The notes under the pieces are model-generated. The model searched no databases, was not told the origin of the DNA, and saw only the letters and a program-made list of their open reading frames with translations. 54,516 nt of DNA, from NCBI RefSeq assembly GCF_011745625.1, contig NW_027191482.1, positions 248,001 to 302,516 of the forward strand, read 5' to 3'. Source of the stretch: Cladosporium halotolerans. Lineage: Eukaryota. Every line of letters begins with the position of its first letter. Position 1 is the first letter of the stretch. The translations under genes were made by a program, and so were the position numbers. Shown in pieces: positions 11,103 through 22,115 of this stretch.

Positions 11103-12578
11103 GTAGATTGTCCACCGAAACGTTACCTTTCCGAAGCCTAGGAGGAATGGTAGGACGGTAGCATTATTATTTACATTGGAAAGCAATAACGTATGTTATC
11201 GACGTTTGAGAAGCCTCTCCCTGATCTGATTCGAGGTTGAAGTGCTACCATCTCCTACATGATTCGGGAACGTGATGTTCACCAGAGAGAGTAGGATTTC
11301 TCATGGCACAGCGCATTCCGTTCAGCTGTCGTTGCGATGACTCGTCGACACTCATCGTGCAACAGGCCACAAAAGCTATGGATCGAAACAATTGGTGTAC
11401 AAAACACAGCATTCGGAAGCGACGATATTCCTCGCTGGTGCAGAGCCGACCATCGCCGGACTCTTCTGCCTTGTTGATCGACAACCTGCGATGGCTGTGT
11501 GTGTTCAGCTGCCGTGAGCCTTGCCGAGCATGTTGCTCGTTGTCTGATTTCGTGGGGTTCTCAGGCTCCATGTGAAACTGCGCTGAGCACACTTGAGGTC
11601 GATCATCATGAGTGCATACTCTCAATTTGTCATGGTGCCCATGGACTGTTCTTCAATATCTGGCCAAAGCACCAATCCAGTCGGACAAATCGTCCGCCGC
11701 CGCAACTAATCCTCGGTCCGCGAGCGCATCAAGGAAAGAATTGTGACCGAAATGCCATGAGCCCTGATTCGCAACTCAACTTTGGCTTGTACGACCGGCA
11801 ACAATTCGGCAACAATTACTTCTCGCTCGGCCGCGAGGAGAACAACGCATGCATGATAACCAGCCAGGCGGTTGGTGACAGAGACATGCCGACGCTCAGA
11901 TTGTCACACCCGCGCCATGTGAGGTGCCGGACCCTGAGGGTACCTACCGAGTCTGCGTATTTTGTTGCACTCTCTCGGTACTTGCTGTTCTTCCGCGCTC
12001 ATGTCGTACAAGCTTGGGCTGTGGGAAAAGCAGGCGTCGTCAGACTCGCTCACGCCACTCCGTTCCGCAGTCGCAAAATGTGCGGGATGTAGATGTGCCC
12101 CGACAAGGCGTTTGTTCAACTGGCCCGCTGCTTCGACCGTTCTGGCCCGTATGCATCAACCCGTGATTGGATATTGTCAGACTCCTTCCTGGTCCGCTCC
12201 TAGGCTTATTACCGCCACGCGTCCGGGGACAAGTCTTCTGCCTCGTACAGTACGACATGACACAAAAGCGTACGACAGCTAACTCGGCCAGCCCTCGAAC
12301 AGAAGGCTGCTGGGAGTTGTCGCTCGCGTTGGCCGCAAGCGCGGGTCAACTCATGGCACAGCCTCGTAGCCACGAACTCCAGACCGTCGTCGCCGTGTGT
12401 GACGTATTGCGAGGCCAGGAAGACCTTGTTATCGGATACATGCTGCGAGGGAATGTCAACAGTCTGGTGCAGCTCCGGTCTATAAATGCCTCAACTCCTT
12501 CGAGCTCGTGTTTAGAGCAGGTCTAACTGACTCCTCCATTGTTGTTCCATCCAGAACTACCAAGACCGCCACCAGTGC

Positions 12579-13116
12579 ATGAACTCGTCAGTTGCCGGGC
12601 CCAACTATAACCCTCGCGCCCAGACCAGCACTTGGGATAGCGAAGAGTATGAGTCCGTCCACCAGGCTAATGCGAGCACTCCGCTGATCGCTCACCATCT
12701 CCAGCAAGGACGATGCAGCATCCAGCAACGCGACGCACGGCAGCGCGCATTTGATGAGAGCTAGCTCCCGCTCAATGGCGACCCCACAATCCACCGGCAT
12801 CTGCAACATGACCAGCGGCGGTCGCGGCGCCTGCCCGAATAGGTGCGAGAAGTCGACTACACGGGTACACAATGCGGCTGGTCCGCATGACGGCACCTAC
12901 AGCATCGATCGATTCATGAAGGACATCGACCCGCGCGAGAAAGTTCGCCTGGGCATGATCATGCGGATGGCACAGTCGGCATCGAACCAGTCCAGAGCTG
13001 AGAACGGCAGCGCAGCTAAGCACGCTGGAAGTGTCTCGAAAGGAGGAGCCCACCCAGGCGAGAAAAGCGGCAGAACGAAAAGTGTGGGAGGAGGAAGGAA
13101 TGATGCCACTGTCTAA
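12579..13116 (+). pseudogene. Possible frameshifted small gene (ORFs 12579..12764 and ..13116)
   Basis: TATAAA at 12481 and a pyrimidine-rich leader. The two ORFs fuse in frame if one copy of the AGCT-AGCT duplication (12759-12766) is removed. No recognised homology. Confidence 0.3.
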
Positions 13117-13322
13117 CATCGGTTTTGTAGATGTTTTGCCGTGGGGCAAGGGCGTCAGAAACGTTGCCTGCTTTTCGGTCGTTATCTCTTTGACAAACTC
13201 TGGTCGCTCGTTGAAATGAACCTCACGAATTATGATTGTTTTTCTTGCGTTCTGAAGAGCGTGTGCTGTTGCTATTACTAAACATTACGATAAGTGTGTA
13301 CCCAAGTCTTCGGCGCCGTAGC

Positions 13323-14417
13323 TTAGTTCAGAGGCTCCGAGCTGTTCCGGTCGTCACCGTTGCTCTCGTGTCTTCCCTCTTCCGCCTCGCGGTTATGCAC
13401 TTTGCTCTGGTCCGCGTGCTTGGCGGGGTCGAAGACGTACATAGGCCACTCGCAACCAATGGTACGCTTGACGATGACCGGGAGGTTTCTCCAGATGGCC
13501 TGCGGCATCGGGATAAGGATGCTGGTGTCGTGAAGGTACTTCTCGTACTGTGGCCAACCAATGCCCTTCTCGTAGCGTTTCTTTGCGCCGGGACGCTCTT
13601 GAAGAGGCAGACCAGAAAGGAAAAGAAGAAGGCTGGTCAGCAAGATGAAGCCGACGCAGCTGGCGTACAGCGCGGCGTAGGCGCCGCTGCCACTCGGCAA
13701 GGCGCCATAGCTTGCGGGTGTGACTGCGATGATGTAGATAGCTTGAATCATGTCAGTGATACGTTCCGTTTCTCAGCATACAATGAATGGATAAAACGTA
13801 CAAACTTGTGTCATGATTTCAGCAAAGTAGTTGGGATGTCTGCTGAACTTGAAAAAGCCCACGTCGCAGACCGCTCCAGGCTCCTTGCCAGGGCCCTGCT
13901 TGAATCGATATTTCTGGGCGTCTGAGATGGTCTCAAGGCCGAAGGCAAGAGCCCAGATGATGATGCCAATGATATCCGTGGCTTTTCCGAACGATGGCTG
14001 CTGCACTCTGAGAACATTCGGGCTGTTCAGGATAGTGACTGGCAAAGATACAGTCCAGACCCAGAGCATCTGGAAGACCCAGAATCCGAGGAAAGGAAGG
14101 AACTTATCACGCTTGTCATCGAAGCGATCGTCTTTGCCAGTCTTGAGAATACGGAACAAGAGGAAACCAGCGAGCCGAGCTGCCCAAAGCATGAGGAAGA
14201 TGGACGTGACGATCTGCCGCGCGTGAGTTGAGCCTCCCATGGACAGTGTGATGATAGCCAGGATGACGAAGTTTGAGCCTCCCATGAAGTCCGTAATCTT
14301 GTCGAACTTGAAGGTGAAGGCGATTGTGAAACCGATGAGCTGGTATGCGACGGTAATGAGAAGAGCAATCGCAAGATAGTAGTCGTCCAGCACGTGGGTG
14401 GGCGAGTGCGTAGCCAT
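13323..14417 (-). CDS. DUF1295 / steroid 5-alpha-reductase-like membrane oxidoreductase; complement(join(13323..13741,13802..14417))
   Basis: FKFDKITDF.GGSNF, RILKTGKDDRFD, ADxQK-like SDAQKY, SRHPNYF.E and SGLPLQE motifs, with multiple hydrophobic helices. Confidence 0.9.
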
Positions 14418-15119
14418 GGCTGTGTCGAGTTGTGCACTCTCGAGTGCCACCGTGTGTGATGAAGGGAAAGTCTGAATCACTACCGCCTCACAAACGTACG
14501 AGGACGTTTTCGTAGGTGATATATACACATCGCACGTCAACATTCGGGAGACGTCATAGATCTCTCGCGTTCGCGCTTTGGCCTCTGCTGACCTCGGTCG
14601 CTCAAAGTTTGAAGTCTATGAGTTCATGTTATAGATGTATCATCTCTGAAAATGGCCTTTCTCCGTATGATTGTAAGAGATAACGTGCTATCTTCTCCCT
14701 TAGACTGTCATAATGGAGTTTTCAGCCGGAGAGTCGAAGATATTGAATGTACTCGGACACGTCGTGGTCGATCAAAGCCTGCAAACTTTTGGATGGGAAG
14801 AGCCTGGCCCGCCGATCGCGGGAGCAGCCGGCGCTACTCAGCCTCCTTCAACTGTGCCTGGAGATCGCCGGCTTCACTCCTTCCCGACGCCGATGAAGCA
14901 GACCAACTCCACCATCAACCGCATGCGCCGCCATCGATGGCCCGCACCGCCATCGTAGGCACGACATCCTCCATGCCCAGCATCACTGAAACCACCTGAA
15001 CATCGCGCTCCTGGCCTCAGATGCCACACGGAAAAGGCGCACGTAAACGAAATTGGCAGAAAGCAAGCAAGGCGAGAGCCGCCGCACGCAAGGCTGAGAG
15101 ACGCGCCGCTAAGTCTGGC

Positions 15120-15850
15120 ATGATGGGCCCTCAATCGCAGCCTCTGGCGATCCCTATGATTACTGAGGTAACACTATTCTCACTGACAAAGTAGAAGGTA
15201 AGTACTGACTTGACGGTAAGGATGATTTGCTCTCTTTCCAAATCTCTCACTTTGGGGATGAAACTAAGCCCGACACGTTCTTCGTGGACCCTGAGCAAGC
15301 GCTCAATTACCGCCCGGAGTTCGAGCATCGTGCAAACGACGACGATGGTCTCGGCTGGTACGACGATGGCGTCAAACGTACTCTCACAGACGAGCAGATC
15401 AAGATGTTTCGCCACTCGGAGATGGAAGCGCTACTGAGGGCACGCAGACTCCAAAATGAGGAAGAATCAGAAGACCAAGACCAATACGATGAGGAGTACG
15501 AGCCTACCCTTAACGAGGGGCCTGAAAGGCCTTCCACGCCAGGCTCTCCAGTGTCGGATGCCTCGAGTCTTGAACCGGAGCTTCGCAACTCCAAAGCGGC
15601 CTCGCAACCCAAACGTCCACGGGGCAAGCGACTGTCACAGAAAGAACGAAGTGAGCGCTACCGCACGAAGGGACTGCAGCAATCACGACAGCATCAGCGT
15701 AGGGAACAAATCCCGTACGACGAGCGCCACAAGCGCAAATGGGAACAATATATCGACGAGAACGACCCTGCACAAGGCTCCATGACCCATCGTCGGCTGG
15801 TCCGCGAACTCGATAGTCAGCAAGACCAGAGCGTCGATTTGGACTATTAA
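15120..15850 (+). CDS. DUF3807-like fungal conserved protein; join(15120..15167,15221..15850)
   Basis: DDDGLGWYDDGVKRTLTDEQIKMFRHSE motif and C-terminal LDY. Intron 15168..15220 keeps the frame. Confidence 0.75.
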
Positions 15851-16399
15851 ACGTTGTCGATGGTGCCGGCCACACAGCAAATCCCTGGGACGCGAAACCA
15901 TCTCGCGGAAGGAACACTTGAGAAGTAAAAGCAGACCGCATGGTTTCAATGGCACGCCAGAAATTCTCGACTTCCTTCGGTCCGAAGCTGAGCATGAGTG
16001 AGCTATACACTCAAGCGCCCGCCTGGGCCATGAGAATGTGAGTATTGGCTTTTCTCTTTTCTTTCGCTGTCGAATGATGAGAATCTTTTGTCATCCTTAG
16101 ACCTAAAGCCTAACAGGAGATCACTTCGGGTTTGGCTTCTGGCACATACCCAGGCGTTCTCCTGAACAGGTTGGTGTGGACTTTAATCTTCTCTCTGACG
16201 AAGCCAAAATGTTCAATCGAGTTACGGTGCAGCCGCAAATGGGAAAGACCCGGACTGACGAGATCAACAGGGCAACTCAGCAACGAAAGCTCTTGACGGA
16301 AAGGATGCTTGTCACTCGAAATATGCAACTTCATAATGCAAAAGCTGCGCAAACGGTCGTCGCTATGTCTCTAATATGCAGCCATGCAAATCGTGTCTA

Positions 16400-17040
16400 T
16401 CATGCAATCCAGTCGTAAACGATGCTGATCCTGTGAACCTTGTCTCCCTTCTTCGCCACGATCCTCCTCACCTGCCGTCTCTCGCCATTGACCTCAGCCA
16501 TGCCCCAGACTTGATCCGCAGTCCAGGTGTCCGTCCGGCTCTCGACCAGCATCTCAATCACCTCTCCCTCCAGACAGTCCTGCGTCCAGCCGGACGTGAG
16601 ATACTCGTCCTGCTCCAGCTCTGACAGCTTGATCATCCTATTCATCTCCAATCAGCAAGAAAGCCCAAACATTTACACACCGTTCGCCACCATCATAGGC
16701 TCCAGTGAAGAAAAAGAAGCCATTAAAGAGAAACTCACCTCGCCTTCCCCTTCACCTTCCCCCAAATCCGATCGTCCTTCTCCCGCCATTCCCAGTCCAG
16801 CACGCGCTCCTCCTCGCTCTTCAGCCCGCCCGTGCTGACCTGCTCCACGTCCAGGCACACTTTGCCGTCGCGCTCGTACTGCTTCATGCTGACGCTGATG
16901 GCGCTGTAGGCCGCCGCCTGCCGCACGAGCCAGCCGACGCCCTGCATTTTCAGCACGGCGTCCATGGAGTCGGAGAGCTTTTTGTTCAGGCTGTAGGTGC
17001 CGGTGAGGTTGGAGGGGGTGACGGTTGGGGGCGCGGCCAT
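16400..17040 (-). CDS. Lipocalin/FABP-like beta-barrel fungal conserved protein; complement(join(16400..16637,16739..17040))
   Basis: NLTGTYSLNKKLSD..DAVLKMQGVGW..R, EERVLDW and WTADQVWG motifs; GTGAGT donor and TAG acceptor in frame. Confidence 0.75.
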
Positions 17041-18289
17041 GGTTGTCGGTGGTCGTCGGGTGACGTGTATTCTGGGATGTGGGTGTATTGCTGGTCTTCC
17101 TGGACTTGTTTCCTGGGGTTCGAAATCGCCTTGGCGTGAGGTATGGATGTAAGTGATCTTTCGGTTTTTTTTAGAGTTTCCACGTAGTCTTCGCGAAAGA
17201 TCAAAAGCCGACGGTCAGACAAAACGGGCGCGTGGCGACTAGGCAGACCTTAGTAGCAGTCGGATCCTAGGTAGCTTTGACCCTCCTTACACTCCAGAAA
17301 AGGACAGCAGCGCAACAGTGCAGTCAGAACGACGCAGGGAGCCAAGGGTCGCGACTAAAAGAAGGGCCCGATGGGGATGGAGTGGAGGATCTTCCGCGTA
17401 CGTTAAGCTAGCGCGTGGCGTAGTCGGCTTCCGAACGAACCTGAACGATCGATTAATTGATGAAACGATGCATGCACGCGAGGCCGCTACGAGGCCCTCT
17501 TTTTTTTTCTCACATGTTTACCACGATGTTATCGCGAGTGTTTGGCCTTCCAGGGCAAGCTCCGCGCTTCGGTTTCGCGTTCCTGAAGGCGAGCCTCGGC
17601 AGGCTTCTGGGGGAGGACCGGTTTTTCTGAAGGTGGAGAGGTTCTTTCTCGGCTTTGCCGCGATCCGGCAAGTTGTCACAAGAGCGTCACAAAATAATGC
17701 TGGGGGAGGCGGTGCATGGAAAGTGCCGCGCACGTGAGCATGGCTAACCACCACTTTTATTATCTGGAAACCTGTGGCCTGCCAGCTAGTAGCTTCTCCG
17801 CCGAAGGTCACCTTAGGAAATTCGGGGAGGGATCGTACTACGGAACCAAATTCGTTTACATTAGGGATGGCTGCTATTATCGATATACAAAAAGCCTCTC
17901 CCGAATTCAAATCAAGGTTGAAGTGCTACCATCTCCCATCAAATTTGGGAACGCGATGTTCACCAGAGAGAACGAGAGAGAGGGACATGCCACAGAATTC
18001 CGGATAACTGGTGGGGTTCTCGCAAGATGGTCAATTTCAGAAGTGATTTGAATTGGTAGATACTGATAGTGGCAGATATGCTTGGTTCCGAATGTTCTTT
18101 CTCTCAGGCCATGGTAGGCTATCCTGGTTGATTGCGAATTGGATATATGATCCAATTAATGCTCGGTATCGTATCAAGCCTCAAAACTGTTGGCACTCAA
18201 TGGCAAACTCCGAACGCGCTTGCTCCGTTTGCCCACCATTACAACAACCCCCGGGAAACTCCATGATGAACGGAAATGTATCACTTTTC

Positions 18290-19508
18290 TCAAGAGAACT
18301 TCCAGCGGTTGCCGCAGTTCATGCACTCGCAGAAGGTCGTCATCGGCTCGTCGGCGGATCGGGTCTGGGCCTGCGAGTAGGCCACTTTCATGAACTTGCA
18401 CTTGCCGCATTGCATCCTGCGATGGAGGGTCAGTGCTGTGTGGGGGCAGAGGGGACGAAGATCTGCCAAACGCAAGAAAGACCCCATACTTCATCCACTC
18501 ACGACGGAGCACAGAATGAAGCATGGGGTCTCTTTCGTTGGTGGCAGATTTGCCGCTGTTGAGCGATATGGCAGGACGTACGTAGTGGAAATGGCCTTCT
18601 GCTCGGTAGCAGTCATGGCAACACGCATGTTCTCCTTCTCGATGGCGGCGTCTGCGGCACGCTTCTCGGCGGATTTGAGATCGTCGCCGGACATGTTGAC
18701 TGATCCGAGTTAGCAAAATTGGCGTTCATGAAGGTTGCGAAAGCCCTTACCAAATTTATCGGGGGTGATTGCTCCTGTGTATACATCGCTACGCAGCTGA
18801 TCGTTGTTCTTGATCTTGAGATTCTGGAAGAGTGACCGCATCTTCTGCTTGTAAGTGGCAGAGGTCTCAGGCTGGAATGTGTTGTAGGCTGCGAGCTCGA
18901 CGCTGCGGGCCGCCTTGAGGAGATCCTCGGGAGCTGTACTTGGTCAGCGTGATCAGCCCACAGAAGGACGCCAGGCGCCTGTTCTCACCCTCTTCTGACA
19001 TGAAGGCCAGTCCATCGTACATGAGCTTCACACAGCTGTCTCTAGTCTGGTTTCCTGTCACCGCAGTGCTAATGCCGTCCACGTTGCTGTTCCTCTTGGC
19101 CGGGTCTGCAGTGCTCTTCTTGGGTTGCTCCTTCTCTTTCTTGACAGCCGCTGCGGCGGGAGCCGGACTGCTAGTACCGCTGCTCCTCCCGTTCGCCGCA
19201 GCGCTTGCCTTGGACGCAGCCGAGCTCGGGGCCGGGCTGCTGGAGGACTTCTTCTTGCTCGCGTTCACGTCCGACTTCCACTTGTTCACCAGTTTCGATG
19301 CCTGCTCAACCACCTTGGGATCCTTCTGCTGCCTGAGTTTGGATACTATCACGCCGATTTTGGATTGGCGCAAGAGGTCTTCGGTCGCGGTCCATTTGCT
19401 GAGAGGCTGGAGCAGGTTGAGGAGGCCTTCCGCTGAGTCGCCGCTTTCGATCGCCTTTGTGATTTGTTTGCCGGTGCTGTGCAGCGTTTTGGCGTCCATG
19501 GTCGCCAT
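18290..19508 (-). CDS. DST1: Transcription elongation factor TFIIS; complement(join(18290..18416,18582..18699,18751..18933,18989..19508))
   Basis: N-terminal [10 protein letters not shown]...LVNKWK domain; C-terminal zinc ribbon QCGKCK...[27 protein letters not shown] with the catalytic DE. Confidence 0.96.
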
Positions 19509-20316
19509 GGCTGAATGTGGTGGTTGCGAAGGCTGTGCGAAGGTGGTGCTGCCTGTGAATGATGGGGTGTTGTTTGCGACAGAGGCGAACGCGCTGCAGA
19601 TCGGCGCTGGTGAGAAAGGCTTGCGACGGCAGCGGGACTGGCGATGTAGGCTCGAGGCTGGCAGTGGTATGGTGTCGGGCGCGCGAATAATGTCGAGGCC
19701 GGCACGGCTATGCGACTGCAGAAGCACAAACGCGCCCCGATCGGGCTTTCCCGCGTTTCGTGGGGCAGCAGCCGGCGATCGTCACATGTCGAGCTCTGCA
19801 ACGGCGATGTGAAGACGGCGTCGGGCACTTCACTTCACCCGTCCTTGGCAGGTGACTTTATGCAGCTATCAATGGTGTGAATTGCTCGGTCAGTATAAGG
19901 CGTCGTCGGAGTCTGCCCCAGGCATGCAACCGTGGCGCAGAGGATGCCAGTGTTGGGTAGGGTTCTGGCTGTCCGCAGCCTCGACTTCCAGCTTGGCCAG
20001 CTCACCACAGCCCCCCGCGCCCCACCACGAGCGCGCAAGCACCCAACTTAGGAACAGGCACAGCCTTGTGCGTAAGTCGTCCCAACTCCTGCCTGAAACA
20101 CCTAGCCCTGTCACTCCAACGTGCCTAATAAATATTTCTCCTGTCTGCCCTACGTCTTGCACTCTGAACCTCACCACCCACATACACGCCTACTGTCACC
20201 ACCACCCACCCTGTCGTGGAGCTTGCCGGAGACGCCCGATCTGTTAGAGAGACGCTTGTCGCGGATCGCCAAAGAATTCCAGGGTTGCTTCGGCACCAAG
20301 TATAATTGAGGCGACC

Positions 20317-21844
20317 ATGTCGTGTATGTTACATCCCGGAAGTGCTTTCATTCAGTCGGCGGCTGCTCCATGAGCTGCATGCATTGGGGAAGCCTGCAGG
20401 CATGGCCGGAAACTGGGCAACACGGTCTTCCTCAGCTGAAGCACAGCTCTCGTGATAAGCCTAGCAGGCGGCGTGGACTCTTTCTGATGTACGATGCTGA
20501 CCCAAATGTCCTCACATAGTCACCAATATGCTTAACAAGCTGCATGGCCAGCCCGAAAGCTACGACCGAAAGTAAGCATCACCAATGCTTCCCCAACGCC
20601 GAACCCACGGCTGACCCAAGACTCCAGGAGCAAATATCGCATGGGACGAACTCTGGGCGCCGGCACATATGGTATTGTCAAGGAGGCCGACGGCCCGAAA
20701 GGCAAGGTCGCAGTCAAGATCATCCTGAAGAAGAATGTCAAGGGCAACGATCAGATGGTCTACGACGAGCTGGAGATGCTGCAGCGAATGCGCCACCCAC
20801 ACATCGTGCGCTTCGAGGACTGGTTCGAGTCGAGGGACAAATACTACATCATCACGCAGCTCGCGACGGGCGGCGAGCTCTTCGACCGCATCTGCGAGAA
20901 GGGCAAGTTCACGGAGAAGGATGCGTCGCAGACCATGAGGCAGGTGCTGGAGGCCGTCGACTACCTGCACCAGAACAACGTCGTACACCGCGACCTGAAG
21001 CCCGAGAACCTGCTGTACGTGACCCGCGAGGAGGACTCCGAGCTCGTGCTCGCCGACTTCGGCATCGCGAAGCATCTCGACACCCCGGACGGCGTGCTCA
21101 AGACGATGGCGGGCTCATTCGGCTACGCGGCGCCCGAAGTCATGCTCAAGCGCGGCCACAGCAAACCCGTCGACATCTGGTCCCTCGGCGTCATCACATA
21201 CACCCTGCTGTGCGGCTACTCGCCCTTCCGCTCCGAGTCGCTGCCGGACCTGATCGAGGAGACGAAGCACGGCCGCGTCGTCTTCCACGACCGCTACTGG
21301 AAGGACGTCTCGCAGGAAGCCAAGACCTTCATCCTGTCGCTCCTGCAGCCCGACCCCAACCGCCGCGCGACCTCCAGCCAAGCCCTGAAAGACCCTTGGA
21401 TTGCCGGCCAGGGCGCCACCGACCACGATCTCCTGCCGGAGATCAAGGCGTACATGGCCAAGGCGCGCCTGAAGCGCGGCATCGAGCTCGTCAAGCTGGC
21501 CAACCGCATCGAGAACTTGAAGATGCAGGAAGACGAGGAGGACGACGTGCCGCAGGAGGCCGACATCCCCGCCGACTCCCGCAAGGCCGCCGGCGAGGCC
21601 GTCGAGGCGCGCTCCACTGGCTTGCAGCCGCCGGAGGACCCCGAGTTGCACAAGAAGAAGAGCTGGGGCAAGTTGAACAAGGGCGCTATTTTCCGCGAGG
21701 TGAGTTGCGGGCGTGTGCTGCTCGGTACAGAGTGAGCTCACTTGCTAATGTTGTTCACAGGTTGTCCTGGCCAAAGTGCGCGAGATGAAGGCCGAGGAGG
21801 AGCAAAAGCGTGTGCTGGAGTCACAGGCTTCAGGCAAGCAGTGA
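20317..21844 (+). CDS. CMK1: Ca2+/calmodulin-dependent protein kinase (CmkA/CMK1-type); join(20317..20323,20520..20571,20628..21699,21761..21844)
   Basis: Spliced N-terminus [39 protein letters not shown] and APE motifs; CaM-binding segment [16 protein letters not shown]. Confidence 0.95.
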
Positions 21845-22115
21845 TGATGCGTTTGGACTCGAAAAGGAGCTGCGTGGCGCGATTTGTAACGGCAGAAAAA
21901 ATTGCACTCTCCTGGCAGGCTTGGAGGACTGCGGCTTATTCTTGATACCTGAGCGGATTACGCTCGTCTGAAATTTCATCGTCTCGTAACTAATCTTCTC
22001 CTTACGACTACTGTCGATTACCGCTTCCACTCTTCCATACAACTTTCCGATCAACCCGACTCAAAGCGATGTCTCACACTTCCTTCCCCCTCCCCCTCCC
22101 CTTCCAATCCCCAAA

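Noticed and set aside
11100..12480. Short ORFs or telomerase RNA in the 1.4-kb gap after the Rpr2-like gene
   Set aside because: The ORFs lack codon bias and motifs, and no TAACCCTAA-type template was seen on either strand.
15168..15220. Two mini-introns around a 3-nt AAG exon (internal CTGAC...TAG AAG GTAAGT)
   Set aside because: The sub-introns would be only 27 and 23 nt, too short for fungal splicing. A single 53-nt intron gives the expected frame.
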